From an uncultured Fidelibacterota bacterium (lineage in GTDB: Bacteria; Fidelibacterota; Marinisomatia; Marinisomatales; UBA1611), in NCBI GenBank assembly GCA_913040915.1, contig CAJWHW010000018.1, positions 1 to 40,275 of the forward strand: 40,275 nt of DNA. The letters run 5' to 3'. The notes beneath the pieces are model-generated. The model searched no databases and was not told the origin of the DNA. It worked only from the letters and a program-made list of their open reading frames with translations. Position numbers and translations under genes: made by a program. Below, piece by piece: positions 20,601-29,206 of the stretch (position 1 is its first letter; each line of letters opens with the position of its first letter).

Positions 20601-20986
20601 ACCACATTATCAACATTATCAACTAAAACCTGAATTGGGATAGTACGATTAATATTCCCAGCGGCGTCTTCAGCTTGTGCGTATAAAGTATGATAGGCAT
20701 CTTCTTCTGCATCGTTGGTAATCCATAAATACTCATAGGGACCATCCTTTTGGGTAATAATGGCAGAATCGTTAATATAAACGGTGACCATATCTAATTC
20801 CATATTATCAAAGGCATAGGCCGTAACAAGAATGGTGTCCGATAGGGTAGCCTGATCAGGGGGGAAAGTCAGAGTCAATGTTGGAGGAATGGAATCCTGT
20901 CCTTCCGGCACTTCAAAAAATGGGCCCTCTTCACAGCTGAGAAGTATCATTAGAAGTGGTACTAGAAAAAGAAAAAATCTATTCAT
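17681..20986 (-). CDS. Large acidic lipoprotein: 6 bacterial Ig-like (Big) repeats + 6 FN3-like repeats
   Basis: Lipobox LLSC; six DxxxP...A.DN..V.F...PY.Y.W.T...D.AGN units; six LxW...Y.IY...V.A.N..G.ES units. Confidence 0.9.
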   Translation of the reverse strand: MNRFFLFLVPLLMILLSCEEGPFFEVPEGQDSIPPTLTLTFPPDQATLSDTILVTAYAFDNMELDMVTVYINDSAIITQKDGPYEYLWITNDAEEDAYHTLYAQAEDAAGNINRTIPIQVLVDNVDNVVPTGSLIYPFTGQTLSGEITIIVEAQDNEEVSFVNIYIEGDTVAILTESPYTYKWNTEEEIDDITYVIHAHVIDAAGNQTTLGPISILIDNYEADDNIAPTGNITNPASGSTVSGTIDIEVTAYDDVEMGFVDFIIDGSAVAQDDSEPYSYSWNTTEVTEDVDHTINVNIIDAAGNSTALFPVTVFVNNIEEQDIIAPNVILYEPAANQTVSGTVNITAIVFDNVGVNRVEFYRNYELETTISTFPYTYEWNSTSVDDDSEHTWYVKAFDTSENHSQTQPIAVFVDNDDNIYPTGFFLFPYAGQTVSGVIEIQVSASDNIGIEQVEFFVEGSSIGFDTAEPFSFSWDTETGEEDGEHVLGAIIKDLGGNETDIPPISVLVNNVVTPDDDTTPPVAAILTPVSGQTVSDSVFISAFATDNIGIQHVQILIGEELVATITDSPYTHLWGTYGLANGSEYVIQLIASDLSGNATTVQPVAVTVQNEYEGEIENVNLAVLEETVSLSWDAPYDAVSFKVYRDDLFLVETSNQFVNDSITGGIEYCYKVAAVNSVGIEGPISDELCGIPLLPAPSSFSATVFEDTVNLIWDGLEYSDGYIIKRNDIEIWNGTELTFTDTDLSHSTTYLYTITAFDSFGTIGTESDPLIVTTHEELLPPDLSITISLSIGTLAWTSVSSASAYRIYKNNSHIAEVSDINYDVELDGGTATCFFVTAINEYGSESEPSNQECGVPILAAPVSFNATINDTNVTLAWSAVDNASGYIINKDDIEIWSGTLLTLTDYGLAYNTTFNYTVSAVDFEGTAGEESDPLSVTMPVELTVPVISISVSGTDASLSWSSVPSASAYRIYNNSSFIQEVINTNYETELFHDTEACFTVTAINDYGSESDFSNVECGTGNFTPPVLSLTISDSTAILNWGSVISAESYKVYQGDSFFVEVSALSYEVDIGTGETTCFSVSAVNSYGTESETSNEECGSGS

Positions 20987-22835
20987 TTGACACAGTTACA
21001 AGAATTGGTTGGGCAATGGTTGTGTGACCGGCATTATCTGTAACCGAAGCGGATAATGTGTGCTGGCTACCATTCTCCAATGATAAAGTATTCCAGTCTA
21101 CTTGATAATCTTCTTCAGTAACTGAATCAATTGATTCACCATCTACGAAAAATTCAACTACACTTATTCCAAAATCATCATTTGCCATGACTGTGAAATT
21201 CACAACTCCGCTAACCGATTGACCTGAAAGTGGATTCGTAATAGCAATAACGGGCGGCGTAGTATCATCCGTGATATTGTTGATATAAACACTCACAGGT
21301 TGAACATAAGCTATGTTGTCAGAAGAATCTGCAACTACCACACTGATGACATGATCACTATCATCTGTTTCGCTCGTTGTGTCCCATTCATAGGTGTAAG
21401 GGAATTCAGTAAGAGTAGTTCTGTAATTTCCATCAATAGCTATATCAATTGTTTTAATTCCCACATTATCAGTGGCGGATATTTCAATCGTGGTCATTCC
21501 ATCAACTGTTTGACCAGCTACCGGACTTAGAATTTGACCTGAAGGTGCAACATTATCAAAATTATCAATATAGACTGCAATCGGCGAACCTAGCATCCCA
21601 TTCCCATCCAGATCAAAACCCATGACAGCGACTATATGTTCCATATCATCTGTAACTGTTTCAGTATCCCATTCAAAGCTATATGGTTCAGTATGATCTG
21701 TATGAACAGAGTCACCATTGACAAAGAATTCAATTCTATCTATACCGGTATCATCTTCAGCATGTACTTTAATAGATACAATGCCACTCAAGTTTTGTCC
21801 TGCGGCAGGCTCCATAATCAATACAGTAGGCGGTGTTGTGTCTTCCGGCGGTTCATTATCTACAAAAACTGAAATAGGGTTTAAAGCAGTCTCATTTCCT
21901 GCTAGGTCAATTAAAACTACACTGATCGTGTGCTCTTCGTCTTCTTCTTCAAGAGTCGTATCCCAGATATAATAATAGGGTATCTCTTGTATTGTCGTAA
22001 TATAATTTCCATCAATAGATAAGGCTACTTCTCCCATTGCACGGTTATCTGTTGCACTGATAATAATTGACACTTCACCGCTAACGGTCAACCCTGCGGG
22101 TGGACTGGTAATGGAGCCAGTAGGTGGCATTAAATCATTTTGAATATCATTATTTACAAGAACACTGATAGGGGGAACGGTTGTGACATTATTACTCATA
22201 TCCCTTGCAACAGTATAAATAGAATAGTATTCATCATCCACTACTGTAGCCGTATTCCAGAGATAGGTATACGGCCGTTCCAATACATATCCTTGTAGAA
22301 TATTATTGATGTAATAGCTGACATATTGAATACTGTCATTGTCCGTTGCTTCCACAGTTATTTCAACAAGTCCCTGGACAACCTGACCCGCAAAGGGATT
22401 TAACAGGAAAGCTACCGGTGGCTCATTATCAGTATTATCCGCTTTGATCCGGATTGGAAATGATGCGTATTCATTTTCCGCAGCATCATATCCTACAATT
22501 GATATAAAGTGGAAATCATCTTCTTTATATTCACGTGTATTCCAGATGTATTCAAATAAGTCTTCTGCGCCAGTCGTGTCTGTCCCTACCCATTTTTGAT
22601 TAATATAAAACTGAACAGAATCTACCACATCATTATCTGTTGCACGGGCGACTATTGTTACATCACCCGCCGCAGAGACACCATCTACAGGATAAATAAT
22701 TACAGCTTGAGGAGGGGTTGTGTCCGCTACTGGTAATTCTTTCGGTAAATCATCCTGCAGATCTTCGCAAGTCCATGACAAAAGACTTAAACTTAAAGCC
22801 CATAGTAGGATGTGAGGATTTATTTTCTGTTCCAC
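20979..22835 (-). CDS. Acidic lipoprotein with 6 bacterial Ig-like (Big) repeats
   Basis: GTG start, signal ending LLSWTC, six DTTPP/DNxxP-initiated Ig units; overlaps the start of the next gene. Confidence 0.9.
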   Translation of the reverse strand: MEQKINPHILLWALSLSLLSWTCEDLQDDLPKELPVADTTPPQAVIIYPVDGVSAAGDVTIVARATDNDVVDSVQFYINQKWVGTDTTGAEDLFEYIWNTREYKEDDFHFISIVGYDAAENEYASFPIRIKADNTDNEPPVAFLLNPFAGQVVQGLVEITVEATDNDSIQYVSYYINNILQGYVLERPYTYLWNTATVVDDEYYSIYTVARDMSNNVTTVPPISVLVNNDIQNDLMPPTGSITSPPAGLTVSGEVSIIISATDNRAMGEVALSIDGNYITTIQEIPYYYIWDTTLEEEDEEHTISVVLIDLAGNETALNPISVFVDNEPPEDTTPPTVLIMEPAAGQNLSGIVSIKVHAEDDTGIDRIEFFVNGDSVHTDHTEPYSFEWDTETVTDDMEHIVAVMGFDLDGNGMLGSPIAVYIDNFDNVAPSGQILSPVAGQTVDGMTTIEISATDNVGIKTIDIAIDGNYRTTLTEFPYTYEWDTTSETDDSDHVISVVVADSSDNIAYVQPVSVYINNITDDTTPPVIAITNPLSGQSVSGVVNFTVMANDDFGISVVEFFVDGESIDSVTEEDYQVDWNTLSLENGSQHTLSASVTDNAGHTTIAQPILVTVSNE

Positions 22836-22850
22836 AAGCTTAATTTACGA

Positions 22851-23708
22851 TTATTTTCTTCGAATCCATCTAATGAGCTTTTTGCCAAATTTTGTTTTTT
22901 CAATTTTAAATAATATCCTTTCCGTGAATCGATACGCAATATGCTTCAATGAAAAAACATACATACTCCTTCCAAACTTATTTTCTTCCCAGATAGGAGT
23001 GAAATAAAAGGTGTTTTTATTTTGCCATATATCATAAAACATGGAAGAAAAAACAGAAATAGGGATTAAAAAAGAAACAGATTCATAAGTGACTCCGGTT
23101 TCGTTCATACCAACCATACTCATTTTTGGTAATAAATCATTATATTGATCCCACACTTGTGGTGCTGATCGCCTGGAGTCATCCCATTTAAACATTATTT
23201 CCATTGTAGAAGCAATCAAGAAAGAAAAAAATGAATAATAAAATCCTTTCTTAATTGAATATTCCATAATTGAATAATCTGTGACAATCTTTTCTACTTC
23301 TAAGAGCGGGATTAATTCTGTGCGGTTGATTCCTGTATTGATATACACTTCAGGGTTTATCATATCCTGATTGAATTTTATATCAAAAAACTCCAATGTA
23401 TCACCCCTAAGAGTATATAGAAAGCCGGTTCGGTTTTCCATTTTTTCAATATTCTGCTCAAAGCTCCAGCTATAGTGGAATGTTCGTCCAAAATCATTGT
23501 AAATGTAATAAATCTCCTGTATAACCATGGAGTCAAATTCAATAGAATCTCTCGGAGTATAACGAACATATTGGAATCCAATTGTATCGATGTATCCGAT
23601 AACTGTTTCCCCGTCATATTTTACCATCATATGCATTACGTCTGTATCTGGTTCTTCTGACCATAACATTGAAATGAGAAAAAGGAATATGCTCGCCATT
23701 TGTTTCAT
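22851..23708 (-). CDS. Hypothetical exported/membrane protein
   Basis: 285-aa ORF with signal-like N-terminus, two hydrophobic segments and a basic C-terminus; no family recognised. Confidence 0.7.
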   Translation of the reverse strand: MKQMASIFLFLISMLWSEEPDTDVMHMMVKYDGETVIGYIDTIGFQYVRYTPRDSIEFDSMVIQEIYYIYNDFGRTFHYSWSFEQNIEKMENRTGFLYTLRGDTLEFFDIKFNQDMINPEVYINTGINRTELIPLLEVEKIVTDYSIMEYSIKKGFYYSFFSFLIASTMEIMFKWDDSRRSAPQVWDQYNDLLPKMSMVGMNETGVTYESVSFLIPISVFSSMFYDIWQNKNTFYFTPIWEENKFGRSMYVFSLKHIAYRFTERILFKIEKTKFGKKLIRWIRRK

Positions 23709-23731
23709 GGGGCGTAAATTAAGAACCTTGC

Positions 23732-24448
23732 ATGAAGAGTCAAATTCAAGTATTCATATTCTATTTGGCTGTTGCTGCTGGTTCAATCACTTCAGCACAG
23801 CCTAAACTTAGTGTTGATTTAGGGCTGGGTTTTTATCAACCGACTCTAACTGGTTTTGATGAGAATGAAAGTGTCCCCTTCCCTGCGGCAGGAATCCTGA
23901 ATCGTAATTTGCTTCTAAATTGGGGCGTTTATTATGAATTTTTCAGTAACGCCAGGGTTGGCTATAATTCATTTACATCTTTAGAATTAGGAAAGTTGGG
24001 ATTAATCAATTCAGCCGAATCTATTTTTAGGCGCACACTTCGTTATAGAATGTTTCCAATCGAAACATTCTTCCGATGGAGACCAAAGATTGAATTAAAT
24101 TTTACTCTGGCACCTATCTGGGGGAGAGGACGTATTACTGTAGATACATCTCCAGGAGATAAGGCAGATGACTGGAATTACTTACTGAACAGCTTTGGAG
24201 ATGATAGTCCAATTTCAGAAATGGGGACAACTGACGCCATGTTAGTTGATTGGATTGGATATTCTGGAATGATCGGCATGCGTTATTATTTATCTTCACG
24301 TTTAGGATTAGATGTGAAAATGGGATTCATGAATAATTACTACAATAATGAAAATTGGCGAGTCCAAACTGAAAAAGTTATAGGCCCAAAAATGACCATT
24401 ACTAAGCTGCCAATCTTTTCAATTAAAATTATATATGGTTTCAAGTGA
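23732..24448 (+). CDS. Putative outer-membrane beta-barrel protein
   Basis: Signal peptide, alternating amphipathic strands (IGMRYYLSSRLGLDVKMGF) and terminal IKIIYGFK. Confidence 0.7.
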   Translation: MKSQIQVFIFYLAVAAGSITSAQPKLSVDLGLGFYQPTLTGFDENESVPFPAAGILNRNLLLNWGVYYEFFSNARVGYNSFTSLELGKLGLINSAESIFRRTLRYRMFPIETFFRWRPKIELNFTLAPIWGRGRITVDTSPGDKADDWNYLLNSFGDDSPISEMGTTDAMLVDWIGYSGMIGMRYYLSSRLGLDVKMGFMNNYYNNENWRVQTEKVIGPKMTITKLPIFSIKIIYGFK

Positions 24449-24783
24449 GATATTGTGCTTTCAGTATTATAGTTGCATCATTTATTTTCGGACAAAATAC
24501 TCAAATTGAAGATACTCACCCTTGTGATGATCCTCTACTGAAAATTGCGATGTCAGAAGGTATTAAATCCATTCCGCTAAAAGATATTCTTAGATTGCAA
24601 AAATTATTAAAAGACTGTGAAGAGCAGGGTGGGGAGCAACAGGTGCAAAAAATAATTCGACAAGATTGGGAAAGAGACTTCCGAACTGCCAGGCATATGG
24701 ATGGTTGGACCTCCACTTTCTCAATTTGTGTAGCGTTAACAGCATTTTATTATTTTGTAGGTTTGTTTCTAGCTACAACATAA
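24445..24783 (+). CDS. Small hypothetical protein with signal peptide and C-terminal TM
   Basis: GTGA overlap with the upstream stop; hydrophobic ends. Confidence 0.65.
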   Translation: MRYCAFSIIVASFIFGQNTQIEDTHPCDDPLLKIAMSEGIKSIPLKDILRLQKLLKDCEEQGGEQQVQKIIRQDWERDFRTARHMDGWTSTFSICVALTAFYYFVGLFLATT

Positions 24784-24934
24784 GGTTCGGATAAAATAAT
24801 ATTTAAATCTAGTGAGAAATAACAAGAACCAACAAAAGTACATAGAATTATAATATTTTTTTCATTTTTTCATGCCCTAATTTCCGTGCCCTTTATTTTG
24901 ACATAAAATAATCATTAGAAAGATCTTTATTTCC

Positions 24935-26845
24935 ATGCAAAAATTCACATTTTTATTAATCGCTGTATTTTTCATTGGCTGTGGCAGTGAAGAAACAGGA
25001 ATCTCAAACCGGACTATATCTTTCGTCTTTCACGATGTGGATACGCTTACATCACCTAAACAAGGCGGATATGGCTTTGAAGACATTGCAGAAGGCCTTG
25101 GATTTCAAACCTATGTCTGGTCAGAAGAAAATGATGGTACTTATTTTGGGGATCCACGAGCAAAAAAAGGTGGCCAGCTAGACTATATACATTCTCTATT
25201 TCCAAGAACAATGCGTTATTATGGGCAAAACGGTAGCCAATCACTCAACGCAAGAACAATTCACGAATTGTGCTATGAAGCACTTTTGGAAACACACCCC
25301 GTTACACTGGAATTTGTTCCAAGATTAGCAACCCATTGGTATATAAGTAATGATAAAAAGACGTTTAGATTTAGGATAAACCCTGATGCGAGATGGTGGG
25401 ATGGATATCCTGTCACATCTGATGATGTTATTGCCACGTGGGAGCTGCTAATGGATGAGACTATTCTGGCACCTTCCTACCAGATTACATACTCGAAATT
25501 TGAGCGACCAGTTGCAGAATCAAAATACATTGTTTCGGTAAAAGCAAAATCAATCAATTGGAGAAATTTTCTTTATTTTGCTACATCAATGAGACTTTTG
25601 CCGAACCATATTCTAAAAGATTTGGATGGCACAGCATTTCTAGAAGAATATGCATTCAGCGTGACGCCTGGGACAGGTCCTTATATTATTCGTGATGAGC
25701 ATATTCGTAATCAGGAATCATACATCGTTGAAAGAAGAGATGATTACTGGGCAAAAGATGACCCATTTGTAAGGTATAGATATAATTTTGACAGAATAAA
25801 GGTTTCTGCAATAAAGGATAATGATGCGCTACGATATGAAAAATTCAAAAAAGGAGACCAGGATATATTTCGATGTTATGCATCCAGACTTTGGGTTGAA
25901 GAAACTGACTTTGAAGCAACTCAAAAAGGTTGGATAAAAAAACAAAGAGTTTTTTCTGAAAAACCTGCAGGAACCCAAGGGTATTTTTTTAACATGAGAG
26001 AGTGGCCCTTTAATGATAAAAATATACGGTATGCATTTTGTTATCTTTACAATAGAGAAAAAATGAATCGTGAGATGTATTACAGTGAATATAGCATGAT
26101 GAATTCTCTTTATTCTGGAAGTGCCTATGAAAATCCGGGTAATAATCCATTCAAGTTTAACCCTGAGAAAGCCTTAGAACTTCTGAGCGCATCAGGTTAC
26201 AGTAAAAGAAATGATGATGGTTGGTTAGTACATGATAAAACCGGTCAAGTTTTATCTTTTGAGATTCCGATTCAAAAAGGCCGTGAGTACATGGTTACAC
26301 CGGTACAGCAGATGCTTAAAGAATATGGAATTGATATGCAAATTAAGTTTATTGACTATAATACGATGATAAAAAATGTGAATGCCCGTAATTTTAAAAT
26401 TGCATCATTAGCTTATTCCGGCTTGGTATATCCCAATCCTGAAGGTACATTGAGATCATCTCTGGCTGATCAAACAGATAATAATAATGTATGGGGATTT
26501 AAGAGTGCTCGCGTTGATGAGCTATTGGACGAATATGACATTTGCTTTGACCAAAAACGCCGCATCGATATCATTAGAGAGATAGATGGTATTTTTCATG
26601 AAACCCATCCAATCGCATATTCGATTGCAAGAAACTATGCGCGTGTTATGTGGTGGGATAAATTTAGTTTTCCAGACTGGATGCTTACGAGATACGGAGG
26701 GGAGCATTGGGATATTTTTAAATATTGGTGGTTTGATGAGACAAAAAACAACACCCTGAATGATGCTATGGAAAAGAATAAGAATCTAAATCTGAAACCA
26801 ATTGATATGAAATACTGGCCAGAATTTTTATCAAAGAATCAATAA
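24935..26845 (+). CDS. Peptide ABC transporter substrate-binding lipoprotein (family 5, YejA-like)
   Basis: Lipobox FIGC; AKKGG, ARWWDGYPVTSDDV, PGTGPY, RYNFDRIK and WWDKF motifs. Confidence 0.9.
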   Translation: MQKFTFLLIAVFFIGCGSEETGISNRTISFVFHDVDTLTSPKQGGYGFEDIAEGLGFQTYVWSEENDGTYFGDPRAKKGGQLDYIHSLFPRTMRYYGQNGSQSLNARTIHELCYEALLETHPVTLEFVPRLATHWYISNDKKTFRFRINPDARWWDGYPVTSDDVIATWELLMDETILAPSYQITYSKFERPVAESKYIVSVKAKSINWRNFLYFATSMRLLPNHILKDLDGTAFLEEYAFSVTPGTGPYIIRDEHIRNQESYIVERRDDYWAKDDPFVRYRYNFDRIKVSAIKDNDALRYEKFKKGDQDIFRCYASRLWVEETDFEATQKGWIKKQRVFSEKPAGTQGYFFNMREWPFNDKNIRYAFCYLYNREKMNREMYYSEYSMMNSLYSGSAYENPGNNPFKFNPEKALELLSASGYSKRNDDGWLVHDKTGQVLSFEIPIQKGREYMVTPVQQMLKEYGIDMQIKFIDYNTMIKNVNARNFKIASLAYSGLVYPNPEGTLRSSLADQTDNNNVWGFKSARVDELLDEYDICFDQKRRIDIIREIDGIFHETHPIAYSIARNYARVMWWDKFSFPDWMLTRYGGEHWDIFKYWWFDETKNNTLNDAMEKNKNLNLKPIDMKYWPEFLSKNQ

Positions 26846-26852
26846 GACCTAA

Positions 26853-28142
26853 ATGTTAACCTACTTCTTAAGACGTATATTATTGATGATACCAACATTT
26901 TTTGGATCCACTGTACTTGTTTTTACAATATTACAAATGGCTCCAGGTGGACCGATTGAGCAAATAATGTTAGAATTACAGATGGGGGGTGGTATGGATT
27001 CGGAAGGTGGTGCTGCTGCATCCATCGATATTGGAGGATCTGGAACAACATTACCTCCGGAAGCTTTAAAAGAATTGGAACGATTTTATGGGTTCGATAA
27101 GCCCATTTATCAAAGGTATTTAATCTGGCTGGGTGTGTGGCCTAGAGAGATAAAGCACAGAGACTTCACTATTGGAAAAGGTGAAGAAGTCTATGAAAAA
27201 CGCGTAGGTAAGAGAGATGGGAAATATTGGAAAGTTGATGTGCATGTAAAAGATTTAGATAAACTGATTGTCTATGAAAAAGACGGAGTACTGAGTGATG
27301 CCTGGCATGCTAATATAGACCAAATCAATGAAAATGGTTCCATGGATGCAGTCATATTTCAAAAGGAATTTTCAGGTATTCTGACAGGGAACTTAGGAAA
27401 GTCCTATACATTTCTTCAGCCTGTGACACATGTCATGAAGCCAAGGTTTAAAGTATCATTATTTTTTGGATTGACAGGCATTTTTCTCTCTTACTTGATC
27501 TGTATCCCTTTGGGGATAAGAAAAGCACTAAATCATGGATCTATATTTGATTTTGGATCCAGCGTTGCAATATTTATTGCCTATTCAATACCCGGGTGGG
27601 CTCTGGGTGGGGTTTTACTGGTTATATTTGGGGGAGGCAGTTTTTTTGATATCTTCCCACTCGGTGGATTCAGAAGTCCAACGGAAGTCTGGGAGACATT
27701 GACTCCGATTCAAAAAATATTGGATCAGCTTCATCATATGATTCTGCCAATTATTGCCTGGACCATAGGAAGTTTTGCGACTATGACTGTGTTAATGAAA
27801 AACAGTTTATTGGAAAATTTAAGTCAGGACTATGTGAGAACTGCCTTTGCCAAAGGATTAAAAGAAAAACGAGTCATTTGGCTGCATGCCATGAGAAACA
27901 GTCTTATTCCGATCGCTTCCGGTATTGGTCATATTTTGGGTGTCGTCATTGCCGGGTCTTATTTTATTGAGCGTATGTTTAATATTGACGGATTTGGAAG
28001 AATGGCCTTTGAAGCCATTCTCGCCAGAGACTATCCCGTCACATTAGGATTTTTAGTTATCGTAGTATTAATTCGTCTTGTAGGAAATATTATTTCAGAT
28101 CTTGCATTAGCATCGGTAGATCCAAGGATTAGATTCAAGTAA
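26853..28142 (+). CDS. Peptide ABC permease (OppB/YejB-like) with soluble insertion
   Basis: YFLRRILLMIPT, YGFDKP, DYVRTAFAKGL EAA loop and VDPRIRF. Confidence 0.92.
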   Translation: MLTYFLRRILLMIPTFFGSTVLVFTILQMAPGGPIEQIMLELQMGGGMDSEGGAAASIDIGGSGTTLPPEALKELERFYGFDKPIYQRYLIWLGVWPREIKHRDFTIGKGEEVYEKRVGKRDGKYWKVDVHVKDLDKLIVYEKDGVLSDAWHANIDQINENGSMDAVIFQKEFSGILTGNLGKSYTFLQPVTHVMKPRFKVSLFFGLTGIFLSYLICIPLGIRKALNHGSIFDFGSSVAIFIAYSIPGWALGGVLLVIFGGGSFFDIFPLGGFRSPTEVWETLTPIQKILDQLHHMILPIIAWTIGSFATMTVLMKNSLLENLSQDYVRTAFAKGLKEKRVIWLHAMRNSLIPIASGIGHILGVVIAGSYFIERMFNIDGFGRMAFEAILARDYPVTLGFLVIVVLIRLVGNIISDLALASVDPRIRFK

Positions 28143-29206
28143 TGGTTGAAGTGAAAGACAACCAGGAACTACACGAAACTGTCCTCAGAAAACGTTGGAA
28201 AAAGTTTAAGGGCTTGAAAAGAGGGTACTACTCTCTGGTCATTTTGATGTCCTTATATATTCTTTCATTTTTTTTACCATTTTTGATCAATAATCGTGCA
28301 CTCATCGTTAAGTATGATAATGAATATTATTTTCCAATCATCTCTGGCTATATCCCTGGAAAAACTTTTAATCAGGATGTACCAGGAGAAGCACGCTACA
28401 GGAAACTGAAAGTTCAATTTCAAAATGATCACCAGAACAGCAATTGGGTTATCCTACCTCTGTATCCATATTCTCCTTTCGAAGATATAACCTACGAAGG
28501 CAATAAAATGTTTGAATCGCCAAATAGTATCCACTGGCTGGGTACAGATAATACTGGAAGAGATGTATTTGCGAGATTGTGTTATGCATTTAATATATCC
28601 ATATCATTTGCGTTACTGCTGACGATTATTAATTACATTGTTGGTATCTTAATTGGAGGTGCAATGGGCTATTTCGGAGGAAAATTTGATTTATTCTTCC
28701 AGCGTCTAATCGAAGTCTGGTCCAGTCTGCCTATGCTATTTGTAATCATTATTATCTCATCGATTCTGAAACCTTCTTTTTTACTCCTGATTGGTATTTA
28801 TACACTTGTAAACTGGATTAGTATGACCTACCTAATTCGTGCAGAATTTTACCGAGAAAAAGCAAAACCCTATGTGGCAGCAGCCTTAAGCATGGGACAA
28901 TCAGATTTTAAGATTATGTTTAAGCATATACTGCCGAATTCATTGGTACCAGTCATCACCTATTTCCCTTTTTCAGTTGTTGCAGGAATTTCAGCTTTAG
29001 TTGGGCTAGACTATCTCGGCTTTGGGCTAGCACCGCCCACACCATCCTGGGGACAAATGCTTGACATTGGGCTTTCAAATATCTCAAAATGGTGGATGGT
29101 TTTCTCCCCTGTGTCTGCACAATTTTTTACACTACTATCAATTGTATTTATTGGTGAAGGGGTTCGAGAAGCTTTCGATCCTAAGGTATACTCGAGATTG
29201 AGATGA
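28142..29206 (+). CDS. Peptide ABC permease (OppC/YejE-like)
   Basis: RWKKFK..KRGYYSL, HWLGTDNTGRDVFAR, HILPN, PTPSWG and GEGVREAFDP. Confidence 0.92.
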   Translation: MVEVKDNQELHETVLRKRWKKFKGLKRGYYSLVILMSLYILSFFLPFLINNRALIVKYDNEYYFPIISGYIPGKTFNQDVPGEARYRKLKVQFQNDHQNSNWVILPLYPYSPFEDITYEGNKMFESPNSIHWLGTDNTGRDVFARLCYAFNISISFALLLTIINYIVGILIGGAMGYFGGKFDLFFQRLIEVWSSLPMLFVIIIISSILKPSFLLLIGIYTLVNWISMTYLIRAEFYREKAKPYVAAALSMGQSDFKIMFKHILPNSLVPVITYFPFSVVAGISALVGLDYLGFGLAPPTPSWGQMLDIGLSNISKWWMVFSPVSAQFFTLLSIVFIGEGVREAFDPKVYSRLR

